A program made the position numbers and the translations under genes. A stretch of 62,773 nucleotides of DNA, the filler included, from Sanchytrium tribonematis (taxonomy: Eukaryota), in the NCBI GenBank assembly GCA_018985235.1. It is 18 parts of 18 records of this genome, joined end to end, with 100 filler letters (N's around TTAATTAATTAA, not from the genome) between each part and the next. Parts side by side here need not be neighbours in the genome. Positions count along the whole stretch, not along the records: positions 25,801 to 45,094 come from JADGIG010000103.1; positions 45,195 to 47,643 come from JADGIG010001048.1; positions 47,744 to 50,190 come from JADGIG010001049.1; positions 50,291 to 52,722 come from JADGIG010001050.1; 14 more parts are not named here. The stretch is one strand, 5' to 3'. Below the pieces are notes generated by a model that saw only the letters and a program-made list of their open reading frames with translations, had not been told where the DNA came from and did no database searches. This document shows, in pieces, positions 43,438 to 52,822 of the stretch. The first letter of the stretch is position 1; each line of letters begins with the position of its first letter.

Positions 43438-44616
43438 ATGTCAAATTACAAAAGAAATTGGTTGCTTTGTCTTGCAGGAGGAGTTTTTGCCTTTGACGGA
43501 TCTCTGGGAATGTTACTTCCATTAGTGCCACGAATTCTAAGCAACTTGAATATTACAACAGACTACTTGGGTATGCCTGTTTTACTTTTAGGTCTTGGTC
43601 AAATAGCTGGTACTTTTTTTTATTCCTTTGCACTTTCAAAATACAAAGAAAGAAAAGTTTTTTTAAATTTGACTTTTTTAGTATTAATTGCAACTGGAAT
43701 TTTATACTTGACTCTTAAAAATTTTACTTATTTATTATTTGCAACCTTCTTACAAGGTTTGGGCAGTGGGATGATTTGGCAACTATCACTGGTACTTATT
43801 AGTGAGATCTATAGCCAAGATGAGCAAGCCAAGATGAATGGATTTATATTTGCATCGTTCAATTTTTCAACAATAATAGCACCAGTATACGCGTCTTTCA
43901 TATTTGAGCTTTTTGGGACTTTTGGTGTAGGTTGCACCCTTTTAGGTTTTGGTGTGATATTGCAAATATCTTCCATTCTTTGCCCACAAAGACTGCAACA
44001 TCATTCCCAGTCCAACTATCAGTATTTAAATAGACACCAGATTTTCAGCCATGTTTTTGTATCAGGAATCTTACTTTCGTTTATTTCTGCAGGACTTCGG
44101 GCCGGTGTGGAAACTTTGGTGCCTCTAATTCTGGTCAAAAGATTTTCATTCAAAGAGCAATACATCGGTTTGATTTGGTTATTCATAACAGTCCCAGCCA
44201 CTATCTCATCGTTGCTATTGGGTATCTTGACGAAAAAACTGGGAGAATTTGTTCTTTTAACATCTGGATTAGCTTTTAGCATTATCTCCATGCTTCTTGT
44301 TTTTTATACAACACAAATCTATCTCTTTTATACTGGACTGACATTTTTGGCATTGGGATTCACTTTGACTGCCGCACCAGTTCCCTCGTATATGTGCAAC
44401 CTACTAAAAGCAGATCCAAGTGCATTGCATGGATTCAGAAACTTGTTCACGGCTCTCGGAATTGGTCTATATCCACTTTCTCTTGGTTTTTTGCAAAATT
44501 ATTTGTCTCAACGTCAGGTTGGCTTAACTCTTATTTTGAGTGTATCATTTGTGGTTCCGTTTCTCTTTATGGCGCACAAGACTTCAAGCTCCAAGAAAAA
44601 ACTACAAATTCATTAA
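43438..44616 (+). CDS. MFS transporter (SLC18/DHA1-like)
   Basis: About 12 TM; LQGLGSG, ISEIY, AP motifs. Confidence 0.8.
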   Translation: MSNYKRNWLLCLAGGVFAFDGSLGMLLPLVPRILSNLNITTDYLGMPVLLLGLGQIAGTFFYSFALSKYKERKVFLNLTFLVLIATGILYLTLKNFTYLLFATFLQGLGSGMIWQLSLVLISEIYSQDEQAKMNGFIFASFNFSTIIAPVYASFIFELFGTFGVGCTLLGFGVILQISSILCPQRLQHHSQSNYQYLNRHQIFSHVFVSGILLSFISAGLRAGVETLVPLILVKRFSFKEQYIGLIWLFITVPATISSLLLGILTKKLGEFVLLTSGLAFSIISMLLVFYTTQIYLFYTGLTFLALGFTLTAAPVPSYMCNLLKADPSALHGFRNLFTALGIGLYPLSLGFLQNYLSQRQVGLTLILSVSFVVPFLFMAHKTSSSKKKLQIH

Positions 44617-44619
44617 ATT

Positions 44620-45094
44620 TTATTTAAGGCAATCCTGAACTACATCTAAACTCTTTAACGCGGCTCCCAAAGCCCATCCTGTTTCCATCGTTTTAATTTT
44701 CTTCACTACTTTCAATTGCCTATTTTCATGTAAGCCATAACCAGTTAACAAAAGTTCTACAACATAGGAGAGTTGCATACAAGCCAAAGGTTCAGTTTTG
44801 CGAAGTGAAATAACGTTTTCAATTTTAGTTTTAACCCTGGTATAGTCACACAATTCCTTTTGTAAATCAGAGATATCTGATATTTTAGGATAGTCGGGTA
44901 CAGTCATTCCAGGCAAATGAGTTAAATCGTAGATATATGAAAATGCATAAATATCATTATTAAACGTGGAAATATCAGGAAAATGCAATTTCATTCGGCA
45001 CGGGTGAGACTGTTCATCATCGCAATTCTCGTGGTCCACAAACAGCTTGCTATGTATCAGCTCCCGACACAAAGATGAAGCATCAACAGATTCC
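44620..45094 (-). CDS. GDA1: GDA1/CD39 nucleoside diphosphatase C-terminus, partial
   Basis: YAFSYIYD, CMQLSY, ETGWALGAA. Confidence 0.8.
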
Positions 45095-45335
45095 NNNNNN
45101 NNNNNNNNNNNNNNNNNNNNNNNNNNNNNNNNNNNNNNTTAATTAATTAANNNNNNNNNNNNNNNNNNNNNNNNNNNNNNNNNNNNNNNNNNNNGTACAC
45201 ATGGATTAATGTCATTTGAGTTGGTATTGTAATGATGTAGCATACAAATCTTTTGAAACAAACTCTCACTAATGCCAATTATACATTGCAGTAATCAGAA
45301 AAGTAGACTTTTCCTAGTTTCAGATCGATTTTCGA

Positions 45336-45713
45336 ATGGATAGAATTGAAATGGTACAACTTAGAGCAGAAATAGAGAAGAAAAAGAGAAGAAAAGTAAC
45401 GCAAAAAAAACTAGCTTCGAAACCTGATAAATTGGCATTAAAAGACGTTTCAAAAGATTCTAATCAGGAAATTGCCAGATCTAAAGGCAAATTTTTTGAT
45501 GCCAAAAGGGAAAATAGAGTTCTGGGAGCTGGACATATAAATCTAAGCCATGACCAAGAAGAAAGGCAGGCTGAAATGAATGAGCTGGACGCTTTGAGAC
45601 TTCAGACATTAAAAATGCAGAATGACAAGGAATTAAGACTACAAAAGAGGGATTTAGAAAAACAAAAACGCCTAAATAAGATAAAACAAATTCAAAAAAA
45701 TTTATCGGGTTAA
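45336..45713 (+). CDS. CCDC174/DUF4078-like coiled-coil protein
   Basis: DAKRENRVLGAGHINLSHDQEERQAEM..L...R.QT. Confidence 0.6.
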   Translation: MDRIEMVQLRAEIEKKKRRKVTQKKLASKPDKLALKDVSKDSNQEIARSKGKFFDAKRENRVLGAGHINLSHDQEERQAEMNELDALRLQTLKMQNDKELRLQKRDLEKQKRLNKIKQIQKNLSG

Positions 45714-45747
45714 TAGTGACTTCAAGATATTAATCTGGGTCGATTTT

Positions 45748-47124
45748 TCAGAGTAAGCCTAAATTAGACGAAAAAACCTCGAAAAAATATCCGAATTCTT
45801 TTTGAATGATTCTTTCAAGAGCGGGTTGAGCTGTGACTCGTCTAACTCTCGATTTGAGCTCTAAAAGCCGCTGCTGTATCGGTGCGTCTTGAGTATTAAA
45901 TTCTGAATATAAATGTTCCACTGATTGTCGAACTAGCTTTCCTGGTTTAAAAACCTTCAGTTTTAATAAAGTGACATCTCTAGAATATTTCACAAGTACA
46001 ATTCTCTCATTGTTGAGGCCCAGTATGACTCGTTTAAGAGAGTTTTCTTCTTTTGGGTGCTTCAATTCTGTGTTATATGACTTTCTGGCTGTACTAGTAA
46101 GGGTATCTGGAATTCTCATGGGCGATAATTTTCCTTGAGATCGTTTCTGCTGCAAGAGTGCATTAATTGAATATGTCGTAGGAGTTGTTCCTAATAGAAA
46201 AGGTGGCTTATCATTGGTATACTTAATATTCCTCGAGTTTAATTTTGCTGGGGATTTTGGGGATGACTTTATAGTTGGCAGCGCCGTAATTTCCAAGCTT
46301 GGATCGATAGACTCAACTCCATGTTGTAAACTTGGTTCATGATTTAAATTTTCTCTTGATTTAATTTTAGAGTCCTTCGTTAAAATTGAGGTCATTGTAC
46401 CATGAGATTGAGTTTTGGGACTAACTTCGATGGCAACAGATTCTTTCGCAATTGTAACAGATTTGCGTTGATTTAAGGTTTTTACAGGCGAGATGGTTGA
46501 ATTATCACTAGATACTGTTTCTTCCACATGCACATTTTCTTCGATCTGGACTGTAGAATTGAACAATTTGGAATTTATAGGGTGTGTTATTTCTTCGTGT
46601 GTTTTGAAAACATATTCATCTATACTTGCTGCAAACTGATCTTCATTCGAATCTTTGGTATCTTGCACCTGAAATTTTTCAATATTTGGACCATTACTCT
46701 TGTTTTCAAGGTTATCAAAATCTTTCGATAGTCTCGTTGATGGTACTTCTACGTCTAAGGACTCAGACTGAAGATAGTTCTCCGCTTCATAAGAATTATC
46801 TTCAATTTGAACTAGCATATCAGTTGGTTGTTCTGTCTTACCTTCCAAATTACTTAGCCTGATATCGAATACGGAATCATTTTTTTTAAAAGATTTATCA
46901 GCTGAGTTATTTTTTAGTTGATCCTGCAACTCCTTCCTTAATTCTGCCAGTTGAGTTTCTAAATCCGATATTTGCTTCTGAGCAGATTTTTTTTGACCTT
47001 CCAAATCATGTAGTTTATGCTTAAGTCCATAAAATGGATTGTTGTTCTCATCAGGTAGATCTTTGTGTAAATACTCACTAAGTTGCCTTGAAAATGTCGC
47101 AGAAAATTCTTCTTTATGTGACAT
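45748..47124 (-). CDS. Hypothetical protein (N-terminal coiled coil, disordered middle)
   Basis: 458-codon ORF. Confidence 0.55.
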   Translation of the reverse strand: MSHKEEFSATFSRQLSEYLHKDLPDENNNPFYGLKHKLHDLEGQKKSAQKQISDLETQLAELRKELQDQLKNNSADKSFKKNDSVFDIRLSNLEGKTEQPTDMLVQIEDNSYEAENYLQSESLDVEVPSTRLSKDFDNLENKSNGPNIEKFQVQDTKDSNEDQFAASIDEYVFKTHEEITHPINSKLFNSTVQIEENVHVEETVSSDNSTISPVKTLNQRKSVTIAKESVAIEVSPKTQSHGTMTSILTKDSKIKSRENLNHEPSLQHGVESIDPSLEITALPTIKSSPKSPAKLNSRNIKYTNDKPPFLLGTTPTTYSINALLQQKRSQGKLSPMRIPDTLTSTARKSYNTELKHPKEENSLKRVILGLNNERIVLVKYSRDVTLLKLKVFKPGKLVRQSVEHLYSEFNTQDAPIQQRLLELKSRVRRVTAQPALERIIQKEFGYFFEVFSSNLGLL

Positions 47125-47165
47125 TGCAAAAATGTTTTGTTACAGAAAATTTATTTTTTCAAAAC

Positions 47166-47643
47166 TTATGCTGTCTTTTGATGCTTACGGCTTTTAAACA
47201 AGGTAGTCTTTGGACTTAAAATCGTCAACTCTAATTTCCAATTTGGAACATCAGCATTATTGCTTAAGTTTACGACCTCAGCCTTGACTCTGATTTTCTC
47301 CAGCTGTTGAAGTGAATTTCCTTCCAAATCCTCAATCCTTTGATTTTCAAGATCAACTTTTGCACTTAATATTTGAGTTTCATCAAAGTACACTATGCTT
47401 TCTAGACCATATTTTGGAATTAAAACCACTACACCATTTTTAGTAATTTTCAATATGTATGCCTCTTCCTCAATGTTTTTACCTCTAAAGTATATATGAG
47501 TGTACAAAATAACACTCTGTCTACCTGCATGCTGAGCTTGCGTGTTCCTATAATTAATATTATCGCAAAGCTCCTTCATCATCTGCTTATCTTTAAATTC
47601 TTTTGGTACAGGTTCCAATGTAATGGTGCTGTACAAAAGTCTG
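47166..47643 (-). CDS. DIS3: Exosome nuclease Dis3/Rrp44 C-terminus (S1 domain), partial
   Basis: CDNINYRNTQAQHAGRQSV, KNGVVVLIPKYGLE. Confidence 0.9.
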
Positions 47644-48219
47644 NNNNNNNNNNNNNNNNNNNNNNNNNNNNNNNNNNNNNNNNNNNNTTAATTAATTAAN
47701 NNNNNNNNNNNNNNNNNNNNNNNNNNNNNNNNNNNNNNNNNNNCTATATTCTCACCACTTGCTTGATAGACTATCAAGTTGTGGTATTCATTTTTTTTCA
47801 TTTCCTTCATGTAAGTAATCACACCGCCATCTCCATCTAACGAGATTGTTCCTTCTGCAAAAATGTGCTTTGCCAAATGATCTTTTAACGGGTAAGGCTC
47901 TGGATTCAAATCTGTGAGTTCGCATGGGTATTCCAAGTCTTCAAAATACAATGTAGCCGAATTATTACTTGTGCTTGCTGGAATCAAAGGGTCCTCCATT
48001 GTATCGAAAAAGCTTTTTAGTTAAAAAAATAATCACTTTCGTAATATTAGGCAGTCCAACAGTCGATATTAAATTTTAATAATCAATGCCTTAAAATCAA
48101 ATCTAGAAGTTGTTCATTCATCTAAGAACGCCAATCAACGCACATTTTCGATGAAAGCTTGATTGGCTCAAATTCAATAAGAATACATTAAAAAGATTTG
48201 GACTTCCAGGTTGCCAAAG

Positions 48220-49299
48220 ATGGTCATTTATGCTGTTGCTTTGTATGATTTCGAAAAAGAGAGCGATAATGAGCTTAAAGCTAAAGAAGGAGATAAATTT
48301 TTAATCGTAGCCAGAGCTAACGAGGATTGGTTTTTAGCCAAACCCATCGAGACCGTTGGTCAACCAGGTTTGATTCCTGTGAACTATGTGGAAGCCAGAG
48401 ACCCTAAAACTGACTCTCTGATAGACGAAGAAACTCTTGATGCTTTACCGACAGTGGAAGAATGGAAAAACAGTGCCAGAAAACAAAAGCAAATGACTAT
48501 TCCTCTTGGAAGTTTGTATAATGACTCTAGAAAAATAACGTCAGCTCCAGTCACTAATGTTACTAAGAAAAGCACACCATCTAATCCACTGCCACAACAG
48601 CGACAATATCATTCGCATATGCCCGGTCAACAACTCCATAAAAATGGGGGCGCTCCATTGGGAAAAATTAATTTTGCTTCCGTCATTCGTTATGACGAAA
48701 CCGAACCCAATGTTTTTGAGTTTGTCATTAAATGTCAAAGAGAATCGCAATACTTTATTCTATACAGGCAGTATGAAGACTTCTTTAGCCTACAATTATC
48801 CCTATTAAACGCGTTCCCTGATGAAGCGGGTAAGCGATCGGCCAAACGTATTATTCCTTATATGCCAGGCCCTGTAGACAATGTAACAAGAGAAGTCACG
48901 GAACATCGCCTAATTGATTTAGATACTTATGTCCGGGATTTATTGAGGCTTCCAACTAATGTCAGTCAATCTGAATACACCAAAGAATTTTTCAGGCCAA
49001 GGGAGTATGATCACATGGAAATTGCGAGCAGAAAATCAACTAGTCAAACTACTCAGCTGAGCTTAAAAATTAAAATGATCAAACAGGATGAGATAATTGC
49101 AATACGGTGCAATCCTAAAACCATTAATTATGCAAATCTGGTCAACAAAATTTATGAAAAGCTCTACGAAGGCCAAAAGTCTGAAATAAAAATTACCGAA
49201 AGGCACTCTAGAACTATCATAGATGATGACGACAGTTTGCAAATGATGATTGATGAAAACCCGGAAAAGATGGTTTTATTTATTACTGATATGGAATAA
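48220..49299 (+). CDS. Bem1/Scd2-like polarity scaffold (SH3-PX-PB1)
   Basis: ALYDF..WFLAKPI..PGLIPVNYV; LYRQYEDFF.LQ..LL..FPDEAG..RIIPYMPGP; PB1 at the C-terminus. Confidence 0.85.
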   Translation: MVIYAVALYDFEKESDNELKAKEGDKFLIVARANEDWFLAKPIETVGQPGLIPVNYVEARDPKTDSLIDEETLDALPTVEEWKNSARKQKQMTIPLGSLYNDSRKITSAPVTNVTKKSTPSNPLPQQRQYHSHMPGQQLHKNGGAPLGKINFASVIRYDETEPNVFEFVIKCQRESQYFILYRQYEDFFSLQLSLLNAFPDEAGKRSAKRIIPYMPGPVDNVTREVTEHRLIDLDTYVRDLLRLPTNVSQSEYTKEFFRPREYDHMEIASRKSTSQTTQLSLKIKMIKQDEIIAIRCNPKTINYANLVNKIYEKLYEGQKSEIKITERHSRTIIDDDDSLQMMIDENPEKMVLFITDME

Positions 49300-49309
49300 A
49301 TGTATATAT

Positions 49310-50190
49310 TCATTGCAACATTGTGATTGTGTTTCTTCGTGATTTTGGTTTGATAGAAATAGAAGTATAAATAGCAATTGTTGATAAACCGATAACGATA
49401 TCAACCAGTGGTCCATAACCCCACATTTTTCTTAATTCTAAAGCTACAGCAATTATTATAAAGTAGATTGTCTGAATAACAAATCTCAAATTCAAATAGA
49501 TGAGATTCAAAATGCAAGTCATTAACAACCAAAAAACCCGATAATAGACCACCCAGCCCAGCTCATCACAGAGCACAAAAACAGGGACATAAATGCATTT
49601 CAAACAATATTCATTGAAGTTTGAAAAGCGAGATAGAAGATCTTGCCATTCATTTATCCTGTAATATTTATCAATGACATAAACCAAAATAGATCCAAGA
49701 TTTATGGTAGTAAATTGCGCAACTATAAAACCTAAAAAGCTTGAAAAAAGAAATATTTTCAAAAATACACCACAGCGTTTAAAAGTCTGAAATTGAGAGT
49801 GAAAAATAATAATTGTAAACATAGCCGACTCTAAAATCTGAGTAACATAGCACATTTTTAAATCTGTTCCTTTCATTTGCATTATTAGTAAAGAGTCCAA
49901 TATCAGCAATCCCAAAATAAATAAAAATTCATTTTTCTCAATTTGTCTTGCTCTAGTTGCCGTACGTAGCAACATATAAATAAGACTGACAACAAATAAG
50001 CCAAAAATCATATTACCATTTGCAGTTGTCATATAATACATCCTTAATTGAGCAAAACATTCCAGGTTAGTTTTTGCGGTTATTTGACAGCCGAATGCTG
50101 CTACATTGTTTGCATCAGTTGAAAAGGGTGTGTAGCTGCTTGTGACCGTTTTAAGATAGCTTGTAGTGCTCAAACTAGTCACATTAATTT
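49310..50190 (-). CDS. Multi-pass membrane protein, 5' partial
   Basis: Ser/Thr stalk followed by several TM segments. Confidence 0.5.
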
Positions 50191-50290
50191 NNNNNNNNNN
50201 NNNNNNNNNNNNNNNNNNNNNNNNNNNNNNNNNNTTAATTAATTAANNNNNNNNNNNNNNNNNNNNNNNNNNNNNNNNNNNNNNNNNNNN

Positions 50291-50455
50291 ATAGACAAGG
50301 CGATTGAACACAGGCGGAGCACCAGAAAAAAGCTTTGGTGTTGCTGTTTCTTGGGTATAATATTGATAATCGTGGTAGTTTTGGTAATTATTATGCAATT
50401 CGCACCTCAATTAATAGGGATGGCTGCCAAAGATTCTAGTAAAAAGACTGAATAA
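50291..50455 (+). CDS. Plasma-membrane syntaxin (Sso-like) C-terminus, copy A
   Basis: IDKAIEHRRSTRKKLWCCCF plus a TM anchor. Confidence 0.7.
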   Translation: MDKAIEHRRSTRKKLWCCCFLGIILIIVVVLVIIMQFAPQLIGMAAKDSSKKTE

Positions 50456-50457
50456 AT

Positions 50458-50712
50458 TTACAGTGATTCTAAAAAATTTTGGCCCTTGATATTTCCTCGG
50501 CCTCGAAATCTTCTTTTGCCACCTCTGCCTCGCCTTGAAGCTGGGTTTTTTTCTTTAGTCATTGTTATTACCTGTGGCTGTTCGTAACTTTCGATTTGCT
50601 CTACTTCCTCTTCTGCTTTAAATTTGTAGATTGATTTCGGTTTAATAGAATCCAAAAAGGCCTTTAGTTCTGGGATTGGCAAAGTTTTTGTCATATCCAA
50701 ATCATGATCCAT
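50458..50712 (-). CDS. Small protein with an RG-rich tail
   Basis: RRGRGGKRRFRGRG; start uncertain. Confidence 0.45.
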   Translation of the reverse strand: MDHDLDMTKTLPIPELKAFLDSIKPKSIYKFKAEEEVEQIESYEQPQVITMTKEKNPASRRGRGGKRRFRGRGNIKGQNFLESL

Positions 50713-50726
50713 TCTCCTAGTTTTAT

Positions 50727-50924
50727 ATGGTTCGAGCAGTCAAAGGATGTTTACTAAAAGTTGATCAGCATATCAAAATATTAATCGAACATCGTTGTCC
50801 TGATTACATTATCAAAAAATTAGATGAATCACATTTATTAGTCAAGGAAGAAAACATTGATGCCATCAATCAAGCTATTCAATCCTATTTGGAGCAAAAA
50901 GTGTTCCAGCCAGACACCAAGTAA
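50727..50924 (+). CDS. TFB5: TFIIH subunit Tfb5/GTF2H5
   Basis: MVRAVKGCLL.VD..IK...IIKKLDESHLLV; 65 aa. Confidence 0.85.
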   Translation: MVRAVKGCLLKVDQHIKILIEHRCPDYIIKKLDESHLLVKEENIDAINQAIQSYLEQKVFQPDTK

Positions 50925-50925
50925 A

Positions 50926-52476
50926 TTACTCGAGAAATGATGGAATTTGTAAGTTGGAGCTTTTCAAAAATTTCTTGATAGCCTGATGATCATCGCTATC
51001 CATAATAAATGAAAGTGCTTTACCCACTTGTCCATTTCTACCAGTCCTACCAATTCTGTGAGTGTATGCAGTCATATCTCTAGGCATATCATAATTGATT
51101 ACGAGTTGTATGTTTTCTACGTCCAATCCTCGACCAGCAACATCTGTTGTGATTAAAACATCAACCTTTTTCTTTCGGAACGATAAAATGGCGGACTCTC
51201 TTTGCTGCTGTGATTTTCCACCATGTAGCGATACGCATGGTATGTTAAGTTTTTTGATTGTTTTGACCAGAGCATCACTTTGACCCTTCATATTAACAAA
51301 AATGATGATTGGTGGCATTTGAGATTTCAAAAGACGAATTAATTTAGACTTTTTATCGGATTCATTGCTAACTCTCTCGAATTGCTGCCTAACGGAGGAT
51401 GCTGGAGAATTTATAGTCCCTATGGAAATGGATACTGGATTATCCATGTACTGAGAAGTTAAAACATCGATATCCGGTGGTAATGTTGCGGAAAATAAAA
51501 GCATTTGAGGCTTTTTTCTTTCGCATGAAGCTGGACATTTTGCATAATTAAGAATATTTCGAACCGCATTCTTAAATCCGAGATCAATCATTTTGTCGCA
51601 TTCATCTAAAATTATCATAGAGCATTGATTAAGGCTCAAAACTCCTTGTTCAAGAGAATCCAAAAGTCTGCCAGGTGTTGCAATTACTATGTGAGCACCA
51701 TCTCTAAACTTGAAAGATTGTTCTTGCATATTTTTGCCTCCAATAACACTCAAGCAAGTTAAACCTAAAGATTTTGAAAATTGTATACCATAATTTTCAA
51801 TTTGCTGTGACAGTTCTCTAGTCGGAGTTATGACCAGAACATAGGGCCCTTCATATTTGTTTTCGTCGTCTAATGGAGGCATTTCCAAAATCAATTGAAA
51901 CGCTGGCAATAAAAATGCTAAAGTCTTGCCCGATCCGGTGCTAGACAATCCAATTATATCTCTTCCTTCAAGACCTATCGGAATAGCCTGCATCTGAATT
52001 GGTGTCGGTTGAGTTAGATTCAAATTTAACAATATTTCATTAATTCGCTTACTTAAACCTGATTCTTTCCAAGATCTTATGGGAACCAAATCTGAATTTT
52101 TCAACGTTATGCCATGTTCTTCTCTGTATAGCTTCCAGTCTCGCCTGGTCATCTCAGAGAGACTTTTGTTGGAATAACTAATAGCGAAGTCTAAAGAGTC
52201 TTTTTTGACTTCTTTATGTACAACTAGATCATACAAAGGATCGTCCATAGTAGTATCGTCTTTCAAGTCCCATCCAAATTTAATTTTCTTGGACAGCTGA
52301 CGACTACCTACTTGTTTTCCCATGTATCTATCTTTAATCAACTCAGAGTCGTGCTTCGACAATTCAATGCGCTTTATTTCTTGGTCGTTGATTACTTTTG
52401 TTCTTGTTTCTCTCGAGGCAAATTCTAATTTCGGCTTTTTGGCAAAGACTCCTGGAGGACTGGAATCCCGTTTCAT
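50926..52476 (-). CDS. PRP28: Spliceosomal DEAD-box helicase Prp28/DDX23 (motif II reads DECD)
   Basis: KFGWD..DDT, EMTRRDWKLYREE, GPY, PPIIIFVN, YTHRIGRTGR. Confidence 0.85.
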   Translation of the reverse strand: MKRDSSPPGVFAKKPKLEFASRETRTKVINDQEIKRIELSKHDSELIKDRYMGKQVGSRQLSKKIKFGWDLKDDTTMDDPLYDLVVHKEVKKDSLDFAISYSNKSLSEMTRRDWKLYREEHGITLKNSDLVPIRSWKESGLSKRINEILLNLNLTQPTPIQMQAIPIGLEGRDIIGLSSTGSGKTLAFLLPAFQLILEMPPLDDENKYEGPYVLVITPTRELSQQIENYGIQFSKSLGLTCLSVIGGKNMQEQSFKFRDGAHIVIATPGRLLDSLEQGVLSLNQCSMIILDECDKMIDLGFKNAVRNILNYAKCPASCERKKPQMLLFSATLPPDIDVLTSQYMDNPVSISIGTINSPASSVRQQFERVSNESDKKSKLIRLLKSQMPPIIIFVNMKGQSDALVKTIKKLNIPCVSLHGGKSQQQRESAILSFRKKKVDVLITTDVAGRGLDVENIQLVINYDMPRDMTAYTHRIGRTGRNGQVGKALSFIMDSDDHQAIKKFLKSSNLQIPSFLE

Positions 52477-52515
52477 AAACAAGCAGCATATTAGTTTATT
52501 GAACCATAGGTAAAG

Positions 52516-52722
52516 TTAGCCAGCCTTTGTGACATTTTGAGACTGATTGGTACCAGAAGCAGCTTTTTGCGCATTTTGTGAGGCAATATACGGTGCTATA
52601 ACATAAATATACAAAACCACAAGGATCACGATTATCAATATTATACCCAAGAAACAGCAACACCAAAGCTTTTTTCTGGTGCTCCGCCTGTGTTCAATCG
52701 CCTTGTCTATTTCTTGATTAGC
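52516..52722 (-). CDS. Plasma-membrane syntaxin C-terminus, copy B
   Basis: ANQEIDKAIEHRRSTRKKLWCCCF plus a TM; 84 nt identical to copy A. Confidence 0.7.
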   Translation of the reverse strand, partial: ANQEIDKAIEHRRSTRKKLWCCCFLGIILIIVILVVLYIYVIAPYIASQNAQKAASGTNQSQNVTKAG

Positions 52723-52822
52723 NNNNNNNNNNNNNNNNNNNNNNNNNNNNNNNNNNNNNNNNNNNNTTAATTAATTAANNNNNNNNNNNNNNNNNNNNNN
52801 NNNNNNNNNNNNNNNNNNNNNN

